Part shown: piece after piece, positions 37,720 through 46,159 of the stretch
How positions within the stretch are numbered: position 1 is the stretch's first letter
How the letters are laid out: each line of letters starts with the position of its first letter
Translations under genes and position numbers: made by a program
Origin: Candidatus Berkelbacteria bacterium RIFCSPLOWO2_01_FULL_50_28
GTDB lineage: Bacteria > Patescibacteriota > UBA1384 > 2-12-FULL-50-11
Assembly: GCA_001774395.1 (NCBI GenBank)
Contig: MEZX01000003.1
Span: 9,903 to 73,902 of the forward strand
DNA: 64,000 nt
Direction of reading: 5' to 3'
Notes under the pieces: model-generated
What the model was told of the DNA's origin: nothing
Database searches by the model: none
Seen by the model: the letters and a program-made list of their open reading frames with translations, nothing else

Positions 37720-38355
37720 TTAGTCCGCGATCTTGAAGGTAGCGACGACGTTTTTGGAATCAGCGTAAACGGCTGTTAGATCGTCAGGAATGGCCTGGGC
37801 TTGGCTCCAGCCCCAGTAGTAGCTAGCGTTGTGGCCAAGTTCAGTTGGTATGTTAGCCTCCTGCTGAGACAGAGTCCATTGGGCTGGCGTATAAACTGAT
37901 ACCGCAAAAGCACTGGCGTACTTAGCGTCGTGGGTTGAATCAGCGTTCACCCAAGTGTCTTCCGTTGAAGTTGTGGGCATCTCAAAGTAACAGGTGACCA
38001 CAGCGTACCCCGGCTGCGGGTCCATATCCGCTTGCAGAATTTGTTTCACTTTGTGACCGGTCCATTTGGCACCAAATGTCAGATCAAAACCGTATGCGGC
38101 TGTATCGCCGCAAGCCACAAGGTTTTCATCAGCTGCGGTAATTGATGTGGTGGCCGGGGTTTTGGTGGTTTCCGGCGGATTCGTATTCGCAGTTTTCTTA
38201 GGCACTATGGAGTCGGATGTTTCGTCGGGCGCGGTGTTCTGCTGGTAAACCAAGTAACCCAAGACTCCTACCAATACTAAAGCAAACACCAATAGGAGCG
38301 TCTTCAAGCTCGTGCTGGCGTGATCGTGATTGGGCAGTTCGTCGTTCAGAAGCAT
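37720..38355 (-). CDS. Membrane-anchored surface protein, paralog 1
   Basis: HASTSLKTLLLVFALVLVGVLGYLVYQQN leader; ends VVATFKIAD. Confidence 0.8.
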   Translation of the reverse strand: MLLNDELPNHDHASTSLKTLLLVFALVLVGVLGYLVYQQNTAPDETSDSIVPKKTANTNPPETTKTPATTSITAADENLVACGDTAAYGFDLTFGAKWTGHKVKQILQADMDPQPGYAVVTCYFEMPTTSTEDTWVNADSTHDAKYASAFAVSVYTPAQWTLSQQEANIPTELGHNASYYWGWSQAQAIPDDLTAVYADSKNVVATFKIAD

Positions 38356-38358
38356 TTT

Positions 38359-38913
38359 TTAGTTAGTAAGTTTGAAGGTAGCTGCAACGGTGTCAATCTT
38401 CAGGTTCACGGCTTTTGTCTCCCAACTCACCGGAAACGCCTGCGCGTGAGAGTATCCAAACACGTAGGTATCATTGGCTGCCAATCTAGTCGGTGTTGGA
38501 CCTTCATCATTCTGGAAAGCATTCCAAATTTTTGTCGGATATGCGCCGACAACCATCACCGTCGTATAACCAGCGATCGTCCTGGTCGTTCCGTCCGAAG
38601 TGCAGTTATCGCTTGCCGCACACGGCACAAAGAACTCGACATTTTTTATTGTCGGTTGGTCAGGATCGCTCCAAGTAGATGTCTTATACCCCGTCCAGGT
38701 ACTATTCAACTTCATGGTGTATCCGTGGGTAGTGTTGGTGTAGGTTAGGACGCTGGCGGTGCTCTGCGTGCTATTATCCACCTCCTCCGGCGCAGTGTTC
38801 TGCTGCCAAACAAGGTAACCTAAGACTCCTACCAGCACTAATGCAAATACCAGCAGCAACGCCTTCAAACTCGTACTAGCGTGTTCGTGATTTTCTATTC
38901 CGTTTAATTCCAT
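38359..38913 (-). CDS. Membrane-anchored surface protein, paralog 2
   Basis: MELNG..HASTSLKALLLVFALVLVGVLGYLVWQQN leader; ends VAATFKLTN. Confidence 0.8.
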   Translation of the reverse strand: MELNGIENHEHASTSLKALLLVFALVLVGVLGYLVWQQNTAPEEVDNSTQSTASVLTYTNTTHGYTMKLNSTWTGYKTSTWSDPDQPTIKNVEFFVPCAASDNCTSDGTTRTIAGYTTVMVVGAYPTKIWNAFQNDEGPTPTRLAANDTYVFGYSHAQAFPVSWETKAVNLKIDTVAATFKLTN

Positions 38914-38935
38914 AAATTCCCCCTTCGACTCCACG

Positions 38936-39127
38936 CTAGTGTGTTTGAGGTACGACGTCAACTCCTGGGGCAGCCGCTTGCTGATCTACTTCGTCATAGA
39001 TTAGTTTAATTTCGCTTTTTTGACTAACAACAAGATACCCCAGGGCTCCGATTAGAATTAAGGCAAACACCAGCAGCCACAGCTTGAGCCCTGCTCCTAC
39101 TTCGTTTTCACCCATTGAAAACATCAT
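38936..39127 (-). CDS. Short leader-only paralog
   Basis: GLKLWLLVFALILIGALGYLVVSQ matches the neighbours' leader. Confidence 0.6.
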   Translation of the reverse strand: MMFSMGENEVGAGLKLWLLVFALILIGALGYLVVSQKSEIKLIYDEVDQQAAAPGVDVVPQTH

Positions 39128-39233
39128 ACTAAAACGTGTTTCTCAGAAAAGCGTTAATTGACTACAAAGCCCCTGGAGAATATACTGCCAGATGAAAGTA
39201 GAAAAATGACCAACAAGATAACGAAAGGACAGT

Positions 39234-40721
39234 ATGAATTCAACAACTATCGCGATACTCGCGGCCGTAGGGGGTATAGTCGGGGGCTTTATTGTGCGCC
39301 AAATACTCTTAACACGCTCGCAGGAGGATTTAGAGAGTAAGTCGAAGGAAATCATTTTAGAGGCCAAAGAAGAGGCTCTAAAAATACGCGAGGAAGCCAA
39401 GAAGGGCGACGCGGACCACAAGAAGGAGTTAGACAAAGTCGAAAGCCAGCTGCGAGAGCGGGAGGCTTCTTTGGAGCGCCGGATGGAAAAAATCGAGAGT
39501 GAAAAAAGCCAACTCGAAGCCGAGTCAGAACACTTGGACTTGGCCAAAAAGGACATCACCAAACTGCACGAGGATCAAGAGAAGGAGCTGGCCAGTATCG
39601 CTAAAATGACGCGCGACGAAGCAAAGGATCGCTTGTTGAAAGAAGTGGAAAAAGACTATTCCGAGGATATTATTCGCAAGATCCGCTCGATGAAAGAGCA
39701 GATGAAATCCACCTGGGATGCCGAAGCCAAAGAGATTATTGCTACCGCCATCGAACGGCTCGCTACCGAGCAAACTGCCGAAATGACGGTGTACTCCGTT
39801 CACCTGCCAAGCGACGAGATAAAAGGCAAGATCATCGGCAAAGAGGGCCGCAACATTCAGGCGTTTGAAAAAGCGACAGGGGTAGATTTGGTTGTGGACG
39901 AAACGCCCGAGACAGTTACCGTGTCGAGCTTTGATCCGATCCGCCGAGCAGTGGCCGTAAAATCCTTGCAGATGCTCATTAAGGACGGCCGCATTCAGCC
40001 AGCCAAAATTGAAGAGTTTGTGAAAAAAGCCCAAAGCCAAACCGAAGACGAAATTAAAGAAGCTGGCGAACAGGCCGTGGCCGAAGTTGGACTGGGAGGC
40101 ATTCACCCAGAGTTGGTAAGGTTGCTCGGCTCGATGAAATTTCGCACTTCTTACGGCCAAAACCAACTTGCTCACGCCATCGAAGTTACCCACATTGCCG
40201 GACAGCTAGCCGAAGAAATTGGGGCTGATGTGAATATCTCCAAAAAAGGCGCGCTGTTGCATGATATTGGTAAAGCCGTCTCACACGAGCTGCCTGGTAG
40301 TCACGTTGATGTTGGCGTAGAGCTAGCTCGTAAGTACGGGATGAGCGAAGCGGTAATCCACTGTATCGAAGCCAGCCACGAGGACATTGATGCCAAGAGC
40401 GTTGAGGCGATTCTCTCGCGAGTGGCCGACGCTATATCGTCGGCTCGTCCGGGAGCGCGACGCGAATCTACCGAGCAGTACATCAAGCGCATGACCGATT
40501 TAGAAAACGTCGCCAATGCCTTCACTGGAGTGGAAAAATCATTCGCCATTCAGGCTGGTCGCGAAGTACGAATACTAGTTAAGCCCGAATTGATTGACGA
40601 TTTAACCGCGATGAAACTGGCTCGCGATATTGCCAATAAGATTGAGGCGGATCTGCAGTATCCTGGCACGGTGAAAGTTAACGTCATCCGCGAAACACGG
40701 TTTGCAGAGATCGCGAGGTAA
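39234..40721 (+). CDS. rny: Ribonuclease Y
   Basis: TM, coiled coil, KH (KGKIIGKEGRNI), HD (LLHDIGK), IQAGREVR. Confidence 0.97.
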   Translation: MNSTTIAILAAVGGIVGGFIVRQILLTRSQEDLESKSKEIILEAKEEALKIREEAKKGDADHKKELDKVESQLREREASLERRMEKIESEKSQLEAESEHLDLAKKDITKLHEDQEKELASIAKMTRDEAKDRLLKEVEKDYSEDIIRKIRSMKEQMKSTWDAEAKEIIATAIERLATEQTAEMTVYSVHLPSDEIKGKIIGKEGRNIQAFEKATGVDLVVDETPETVTVSSFDPIRRAVAVKSLQMLIKDGRIQPAKIEEFVKKAQSQTEDEIKEAGEQAVAEVGLGGIHPELVRLLGSMKFRTSYGQNQLAHAIEVTHIAGQLAEEIGADVNISKKGALLHDIGKAVSHELPGSHVDVGVELARKYGMSEAVIHCIEASHEDIDAKSVEAILSRVADAISSARPGARRESTEQYIKRMTDLENVANAFTGVEKSFAIQAGREVRILVKPELIDDLTAMKLARDIANKIEADLQYPGTVKVNVIRETRFAEIAR

Positions 40722-40739
40722 ACCTCGGCTTCACCGCAA

Positions 40740-41096
40740 TCAGCTGTCGGCTCTCAGCTTTTTTGAGAAAGATCCAAGCTGCTTTCTTAAGGCGTAGTGC
40801 CTGACCATCAGTGACTCATAATTGAGTCGGGTGAGATCTTTAGCTACATCTAAGCACGCCGTAACCTCGTAAACTGACCCAAGGGCGTTGTGAATATATC
40901 GATTAAAATCCTTGTCAGAATTTTTACCAGAACCCTCGGCAATATTCAGGACGACCGATAGTGACGCCCGTCTAATTTGATTAACTAAGTATTCAAGTTC
41001 ACGAGGAAATTTCTTAGTGAACTCGAATATCTCTTTATGAAGCTCTTTGGCTAGCTGGTAGACACGGAACTCATTAAATCGAAAATCTTCGGTCAT
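40740..41096 (-). CDS. Four-helix bundle protein (23S rRNA IVP-like, TIGR02436-type)
   Basis: F..F.VYQ.A, FP..E..L..QIRRASLSV.LNIAEG, ALGS..E. Confidence 0.92.
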   Translation of the reverse strand: MTEDFRFNEFRVYQLAKELHKEIFEFTKKFPRELEYLVNQIRRASLSVVLNIAEGSGKNSDKDFNRYIHNALGSVYEVTACLDVAKDLTRLNYESLMVRHYALRKQLGSFSKKLRADS

Positions 41097-41163
41097 ATTA
41101 CTATCCTAGCTGAAAGCTGACAGCCGCTTGCTGATAGCTACTAAAAGCCTTACGCTTTTAGTA

Positions 41164-41379
41164 ATGGACAAAGCGGGTTTGGCAAAAAAATTAGCGTCGG
41201 CTAGCCAGCTATCTGACGCGGAGGCTACTAAGTTTATCGATAGCTTCTGCGCTACTCTTGCTGAAAACTTTCGCCAGGGCGAGAAAGTGGTAATTGCCGA
41301 TTTTGGTAGCTTTTTCGTCCGCGAAGATAAATCTGTGCAGTTCAATCCCAGCGCCAAACTCAAAGAAAAAATCGGCTAG
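41164..41379 (+). CDS. HU family DNA-binding protein (short arm)
   Basis: MDKA.LAKKL, GEKV.I.DFGSF, F.PSAKLKE. Confidence 0.85.
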   Translation: MDKAGLAKKLASASQLSDAEATKFIDSFCATLAENFRQGEKVVIADFGSFFVREDKSVQFNPSAKLKEKIG

Positions 41380-41463
41380 TCGCCTCTCGACTCACTTTGT
41401 TCGCTCGAGGTTTTTCGGCAGTCTCTCGTAAGATACGAGCTTACTTCGAGCCTGTCGAGAAGT

Positions 41464-41513
41464 GCCCCCCGCAGGAGTTGCACCTGCGACCATTTCAAGC
41501 TTTTCTTTGGCGG
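41464..41513 (-). repeat. tRNA-Arg 3'-like att copy 2
   Basis: 41471-41513 identical (43 nt) to 42633-42675. Confidence 0.85.
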
Positions 41514-41647
41514 AGTTCGGATGTACTGAAATTTTAGCGAATTTCGGTCTTGTAGGTAGAGCCTTTGTTCTTTGAATTATCAAATAGAAAAACGCGCCAA
41601 AGGTCTAAAGACATGGCGCGTTTGGCTGGCGGGAGATGCGAGGTGGA

Positions 41648-42316
41648 TCAGCCGGTGAGGTACGCGAGAAGCGCAGCCCAGTTCTTGGCGCGGACCGTGT
41701 CGGACCGCTTGCTGTACTCCTCGTACTCCAACGCCTTCGAGAGATCCTGCGGGTCGAATCGATCGACCCAGTTCCTCGTGTTGGAGAGGAGTACCTTGCT
41801 ACCCTCGACCGTGAAGGCCGTGGGGGCACTCTCGCCACCGTCGTAGTTGAAGGCATCGAAGCAGGCAGAGGCGGGATGCGAGTGGTGGCTGCAGTCGGTG
41901 AAGACGGCGACATACTTCGCACCGGCTCTGACCGCGGCCAGCAACCCGATGAAGATGCCGACGGACATCTCCTGTCCCATGAACTGCGCCCCATCCGGAC
42001 CTTGCGCCTGCTGTGAAGCGGGCACGAGGAGATCTGTCAGAACGACATCGAAGTTCGGGTAGGTGGTCGCCTGCTCGTTCGCCGCTTCCACGGAGGTAAA
42101 GTATTCGGCCTTCTTTGCCTCATCGTCGGATCGATAGGGGTCGAAGTCGCCGAACTGCAGTTTGAGAGCAACCGAGGCCTTCTGGTAGTCGCACTGTGGT
42201 GTGAGCAGCCTTTGCGCCTCGTCGTAGGTGTCGACGACCGTGAGGTCGTGGTTCTTGAGTTGGGCTTGGGCGGCTGCGAGATGGATCCTGTTGTCATCGA
42301 ACAATAGAATACGCAT
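41648..42316 (-). CDS. Receiver (CheY)-like domain protein with insertions, GC-rich
   Basis: MRILLFDDN, FDVVLTDLLVP; GGAGG SD. Confidence 0.6.
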   Translation of the reverse strand: MRILLFDDNRIHLAAAQAQLKNHDLTVVDTYDEAQRLLTPQCDYQKASVALKLQFGDFDPYRSDDEAKKAEYFTSVEAANEQATTYPNFDVVLTDLLVPASQQAQGPDGAQFMGQEMSVGIFIGLLAAVRAGAKYVAVFTDCSHHSHPASACFDAFNYDGGESAPTAFTVEGSKVLLSNTRNWVDRFDPQDLSKALEYEEYSKRSDTVRAKNWAALLAYLTG

Positions 42317-42621
42317 GGCTTAATCCTCCATTCGGTTGGATTTGTGATCCCGTCCACTCGACATGAGTAGCGCGTCAGATACCTGAATCAGATGTCCAAT
42401 GTGCTACTCACAGAGTAAACTAAAAAGGATTTCCCACTTTTTCTCCCGCTTTATCAAAGAGCTATCTGTAATTTAAGGGGAAATTCATCGCCTCAAATTA
42501 TGTGTGAGTATAGCGTATGGTGTCTATCCTGTAAAGCCCGACTGACTACGATTTGATCTCTGCTAATAACCAACTAAAAAGCCCTATTTCAGGAAATCCT
42601 TCACTATTAACTCCTTTAACG

Positions 42622-42675
42622 TGGCGCCCTCGGCAGGAGTTGCACCTGCGACCATTTCAAGCTTTTCTTTGGCGG
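42622..42675 (-). repeat. tRNA-Arg 3'-like att copy 1
   Basis: Minus strand GGTCGCAGGTGCAACTCCTGCCGAGGGCGCCA mirrors the T-arm and acceptor of the tRNA at 43632. Confidence 0.85.
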
Positions 42676-42677
42676 CG

Positions 42678-43580
42678 CTAAAATCGTGATTTACTCAATT
42701 TCCTATCCAAATCTTCTAAATAATAATATGGCGCCGATTGTAATTCAATCGCTCGTTTTACCTCTTCCAAGGTTTGCTTTTTGTTCCTCTTCGCGATTTT
42801 CAACAAGAGTGCAAAGAAAGTGCAGTTTTCATGTTTTCCAGTTTCTTGCACATTCAACATTTGAATCAAAATCGGCACTAAAGTTCTTGATGGAATTTTT
42901 AAAACTCTTGCAACAAATACTTTATCGTCAAAGATTTTATCTCCAACCTGTTCGATTTTTTGTAACACGATTTGCAGTTTCTTTGCTTCCAGTTGGGGTA
43001 ATTTTTCAAGATAAGGTTTTATGTTTATCTTCTTTTGATCAATCAGCTCTTTTTCCAAAAGTGCCACCACCCACTCATTAGAAACATTTATCAAACTATG
43101 AAAATTACCCAAACCATTTTCTTTAACGACATAAAACCAGTTTTTCCAAGATTTAAGCTGGCTTTTACAATATTTTTCAGAAAACTTGGCATAAGCCGAT
43201 GTCTTCTCCGTTGGTACATTTCGAGTAAGAGAAAAATCAAATTTCATTTCTCCTACAAGCGGCTTAAATCCTTTCTTCGTGGGGTTGATTTTGCCAAGAA
43301 TCTTTACCCTCGCTCTTCTAACTTCGGGGTGTGGATTCAGCAAACTGACCTCGTCGCCAGTAAAGCCGTGCGGAGGAAATACGATAATTCTCTTTACAAA
43401 TCTCGCATCCTCGCTTTTCAAACGAACAAAAAAGCAAGCTGGTCTTGTAATTACTTCTGCTTCTCTGTTGCCAAGAACTTTCTTGAAAGTTTTTTGGAAA
43501 AGCGAAGATGTATAAATTTCATAGAAATTGGATTGCATAGCATGATTAAAGAGTTTTCTTCCCCCAAAATTGAATACCAA
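42678..43580 (-). CDS. Hypothetical protein, AT-rich
   Basis: 300-aa ORF between tRNA-Arg and its 3' copy; likely start ~43538. Confidence 0.7.
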   Translation of the reverse strand: MVFNFGGRKLFNHAMQSNFYEIYTSSLFQKTFKKVLGNREAEVITRPACFFVRLKSEDARFVKRIIVFPPHGFTGDEVSLLNPHPEVRRARVKILGKINPTKKGFKPLVGEMKFDFSLTRNVPTEKTSAYAKFSEKYCKSQLKSWKNWFYVVKENGLGNFHSLINVSNEWVVALLEKELIDQKKINIKPYLEKLPQLEAKKLQIVLQKIEQVGDKIFDDKVFVARVLKIPSRTLVPILIQMLNVQETGKHENCTFFALLLKIAKRNKKQTLEEVKRAIELQSAPYYYLEDLDRKLSKSRF

Positions 43581-43631
43581 TTAGTTGTCGAGCGAAGCGA
43601 GGCGAACCAAAACTCTTTGACTTTTCCTTTC

Positions 43632-43706
43632 TGGCGCCCCCGGCAGGAATCGGACCTGCATCTACAGCTTAGGAGTCTGTAGCTCTGTCCATTGAGCTAC
43701 GGGGGC
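43632..43706 (-). tRNA. tRNA-Arg(CCU)
   Basis: Minus-strand cloverleaf; loop CTCCTAA; variant T-loop GGTCCGATT; encoded CCA. Confidence 0.85.
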
Positions 43707-43764
43707 GTAATTACTTACTATTATACTTTTACGGCGGTAGGTAGCACGCTACCCACCGCCGCGG

Positions 43765-43989
43765 TCAGAGGAGAAGCCAGTCGTCCGGATTATCCGAATC
43801 CGATCCGGTCCAGGGCCCAAGCCCCAGAAGCAATACCCCACAGGGTCGATCATAAGACTGTGAGTGACCAGGAGTTGCCTCACGCGTCGTTTGAGTGACT
43901 GGTGCTGGAGTCTGCTTTGTGATCGGTTTCGTATGGAACCGTTCGTACCAACTCCTTCTAAGTTGCGATAGGCTCGTTAAAAGAGCCAT
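43765..43989 (-). CDS. Small hypothetical protein
   Basis: AAGGAGG SD; TTGACA-17-TAGGAT promoter. Confidence 0.5.
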   Translation of the reverse strand: MALLTSLSQLRRSWYERFHTKPITKQTPAPVTQTTREATPGHSQSYDRPCGVLLLGLGPWTGSDSDNPDDWLLL

Positions 43990-44052
43990 TTTCCCCTCCT
44001 TGGGAATCCCGTAGGATGTGAACAATCCTAGTCTTTCAGGTAAAATATGTCA

Positions 44053-44197
44053 AGCTTCGACTTTGCTCTCGTTCGAGTCTGAGCCTGAGGGCTCATCCCT
44101 CACCCTTCGACTCTGCTCGGGGTGCCCTGAGTGATATTGAATGGGCAGAGTCAAAGACAGCTTGACTCTGAGCCAGTCGAACGAGTCAAGCAAGCGG
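44053..44197. repeat. Cluster of REP-like palindromes (YTTCGAC-n-GCTC / GAGC-n-GTCGAA)
   Basis: Nested copies; same motif at 21761, 26893, 41386, 44934 and 63353. Confidence 0.75.
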
Positions 44198-44209
44198 AGT
44201 TTCCGCTAT

Positions 44210-44282
44210 CGGGCTGTGGCGCAGTTGGTAGCGCGCGTCGTTCGGGACGACGAGGTCGTGGGTTCAAGTCCCGCCAGCCCGA
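44210..44282 (+). tRNA. tRNA-Pro(CGG)
   Basis: Anticodon arm CGTCG-TTCGGGA-CGACG. Confidence 0.95.
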
Positions 44283-44284
44283 CA

Positions 44285-44779
44285 ATGAGAGAGAAGATTA
44301 TAGCGCTGGTAATTCTAGCCCTGCTCACCGCAGGTGGTGGGGTGGTTATCGGTGCGGCAAAAAGTGATCGGGCCACACTAAAAGCCAGTAGCGAGCTCCA
44401 GCAGGCAACCATAAAAGTCGGCAAAAAAACTTTCACGGCCGAACTGGCACTAAGTGTGGCCGAGCAAGCGCAGGGTCTTTCGAACCGCCCATCAATGCCA
44501 AAAGATCACGGCATGCTTTTTGTCTTTACTCGCCCCACGTCGCCCCCGTTTTGGATGAAAGATATGCAGTTCTCGATTGACATCGTCTGGATTCTGCGCG
44601 ATAGGGTTGTCGGCATCTCGCCTAATTTACCGATCCCCAAACCGGGCACAAAACCAGAAAAACTACCAATCTACTCGCCGCCATCGCCGGTTGATTACGT
44701 GCTCGAGCTACGAGCAGGCCAGTCGAGGGGTGTCCGGATCGACGACATCGTGACAATTCTCAACCCTCAAGCAATCTAG
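44285..44779 (+). CDS. DUF192 family protein
   Basis: GLS.R, GMLFVF, FWMKDM.FSIDI.W, YVLEL.AG. Confidence 0.9.
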   Translation: MREKIIALVILALLTAGGGVVIGAAKSDRATLKASSELQQATIKVGKKTFTAELALSVAEQAQGLSNRPSMPKDHGMLFVFTRPTSPPFWMKDMQFSIDIVWILRDRVVGISPNLPIPKPGTKPEKLPIYSPPSPVDYVLELRAGQSRGVRIDDIVTILNPQAI

Positions 44780-45169
44780 ATGACTTTCTCGGAAACCGTG
44801 ATCGGGATTATCCGCAACATCCCGCGCGGGAAAGTTGCCACCTACGGTCAGGTTGCGGCCTTAGCTGGCAGCCCAAGAGCAGCTTTGATGGTTGGTCGAA
44901 TCTTGCGATACGCAAGCGAGCGCGAGCAATTTACCTCGAGCCCACCTGTCCCGAGCCGAGTCGAGGGAGTCGAGAGGCTGCCGTGGCAAAGAGTGATTAA
45001 CTCGCAAGGTCGGATTTCAATTATCAACATCAGTTATCCAGCCGAACTTCAGGCCAAACTTCTGCAAGAAGAGGGGGTAAGGGTAACTATGCGCTCGAAT
45101 AGCTACTTCGTCGACCTGGGAGAATATTTGGTTGCGCTTGACCGATTGGAGTTTACGCCTAAGATTTAA
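44780..45169 (+). CDS. MGMT/Atl family alkylated-DNA binding protein
   Basis: IPRGKVATYGQVA.LAG.PRA, LPWQRVINSQG (W in place of catalytic C). Confidence 0.9.
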   Translation: MTFSETVIGIIRNIPRGKVATYGQVAALAGSPRAALMVGRILRYASEREQFTSSPPVPSRVEGVERLPWQRVINSQGRISIINISYPAELQAKLLQEEGVRVTMRSNSYFVDLGEYLVALDRLEFTPKI

Positions 45170-45180
45170 TTAGGAGGACT

Positions 45181-45525
45181 ATGGAAAAACAACAACGAGC
45201 GTGGGGCGAGTGGGCGTTTGTGCTGGGACTGCTATTTGCGATCTTTTTGGCATTTTTCCCGAATTTGCTTGAATCGGGAACTTCGGGCGTTGTCTTGGTG
45301 ATTCTGGGAGCAATTGTTGGACTTTGGAACATCACCTCTAAAGAGCGGGCAGAATTTCTGGTTGCCGCCATCGCCTTGATGCTTATTGGATCGGGCGGTC
45401 TGCAACAGATTCCGACCGTTGGACCGGCCTTGCGAGACTTCGCCGTAAATCTGTTTGCCTTTGTGGCGCCAGCAACGTTCGTGGTGGCAATAAAAGCGAT
45501 CATCGACCTTGGCCGACGCGCGTAG
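45181..45525 (+). CDS. Small membrane protein
   Basis: AGGAGG SD; four hydrophobic segments; LG..VGL.NIT..E...FL.A. Confidence 0.75.
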   Translation: MEKQQRAWGEWAFVLGLLFAIFLAFFPNLLESGTSGVVLVILGAIVGLWNITSKERAEFLVAAIALMLIGSGGLQQIPTVGPALRDFAVNLFAFVAPATFVVAIKAIIDLGRRA

Positions 45526-45609
45526 ACATTCGAAAGTTGACGGTATTTCGGGTAGAATCACCTTACCGCGGGTGTCATATCTCCCCAAGGGTCATATGAA
45601 CCTCGCTTT

Positions 45610-45681
45610 GCGGGTGTCATATAGCGGTTATTATGTCAGTTTTCCAAACTGAAAACGGCGGTTCGACTCCGCTCACCCGCT
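45610..45681 (+). tRNA. tRNA-Gly(UCC)
   Basis: Anticodon arm TCAGT-TTTCCAA-ACTGA. Confidence 0.93.
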
Positions 45682-45685
45682 CAAG

Positions 45686-46141
45686 ATGAGAAACTGTGAA
45701 GTTTGTGAGGTGCTCAAAAAAGATTTGGACGTAATTTTTGATAGCAAACATTGGCGCGTGTCACTGGATGCAACCGACCAGTATTACCTTGGTCGATCGT
45801 TTGTAACAGCTAAGCGGCACGTTGATGATTTGGCCGAGTTATCAAAGGAAGAATGGGAGGACCTGCGAAGCGTGATGAAAAAGTTTGAAACGGCGGTTCG
45901 CGGTGCTTTCGGCGCAATCTTATTCAACTGGAGCTGCTTAATGAATGGTTCGTGCCAAGAGAAACCGTACAATCCGCACGTCCACTGGCACGTTCGGCCG
46001 CGATACGACAAAAAAGTTATAGTTGCAGGCGAAGAGTTTGCTGATAACGAGTTCGGCCATCACTACGCCCGCAGTACCAGCCGCACCGTTGAGCCCAAAA
46101 CAAAAGCCGAAATAATCAAATCTATCCAGAAGTTTTTGTAA
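45686..46141 (+). CDS. HIT family hydrolase
   Basis: CxxC N terminus, HVHWHVRPRY. Confidence 0.9.
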   Translation: MRNCEVCEVLKKDLDVIFDSKHWRVSLDATDQYYLGRSFVTAKRHVDDLAELSKEEWEDLRSVMKKFETAVRGAFGAILFNWSCLMNGSCQEKPYNPHVHWHVRPRYDKKVIVAGEEFADNEFGHHYARSTSRTVEPKTKAEIIKSIQKFL

Positions 46142-46159
46142 TCAAACGTGTGATGGCTT

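Noticed and set aside
39525-40193. Long antisense ORFs (also 43035-43682, 6498-7034, 58799-59344)
   Set aside because: Shadow frames opposite well-supported genes.
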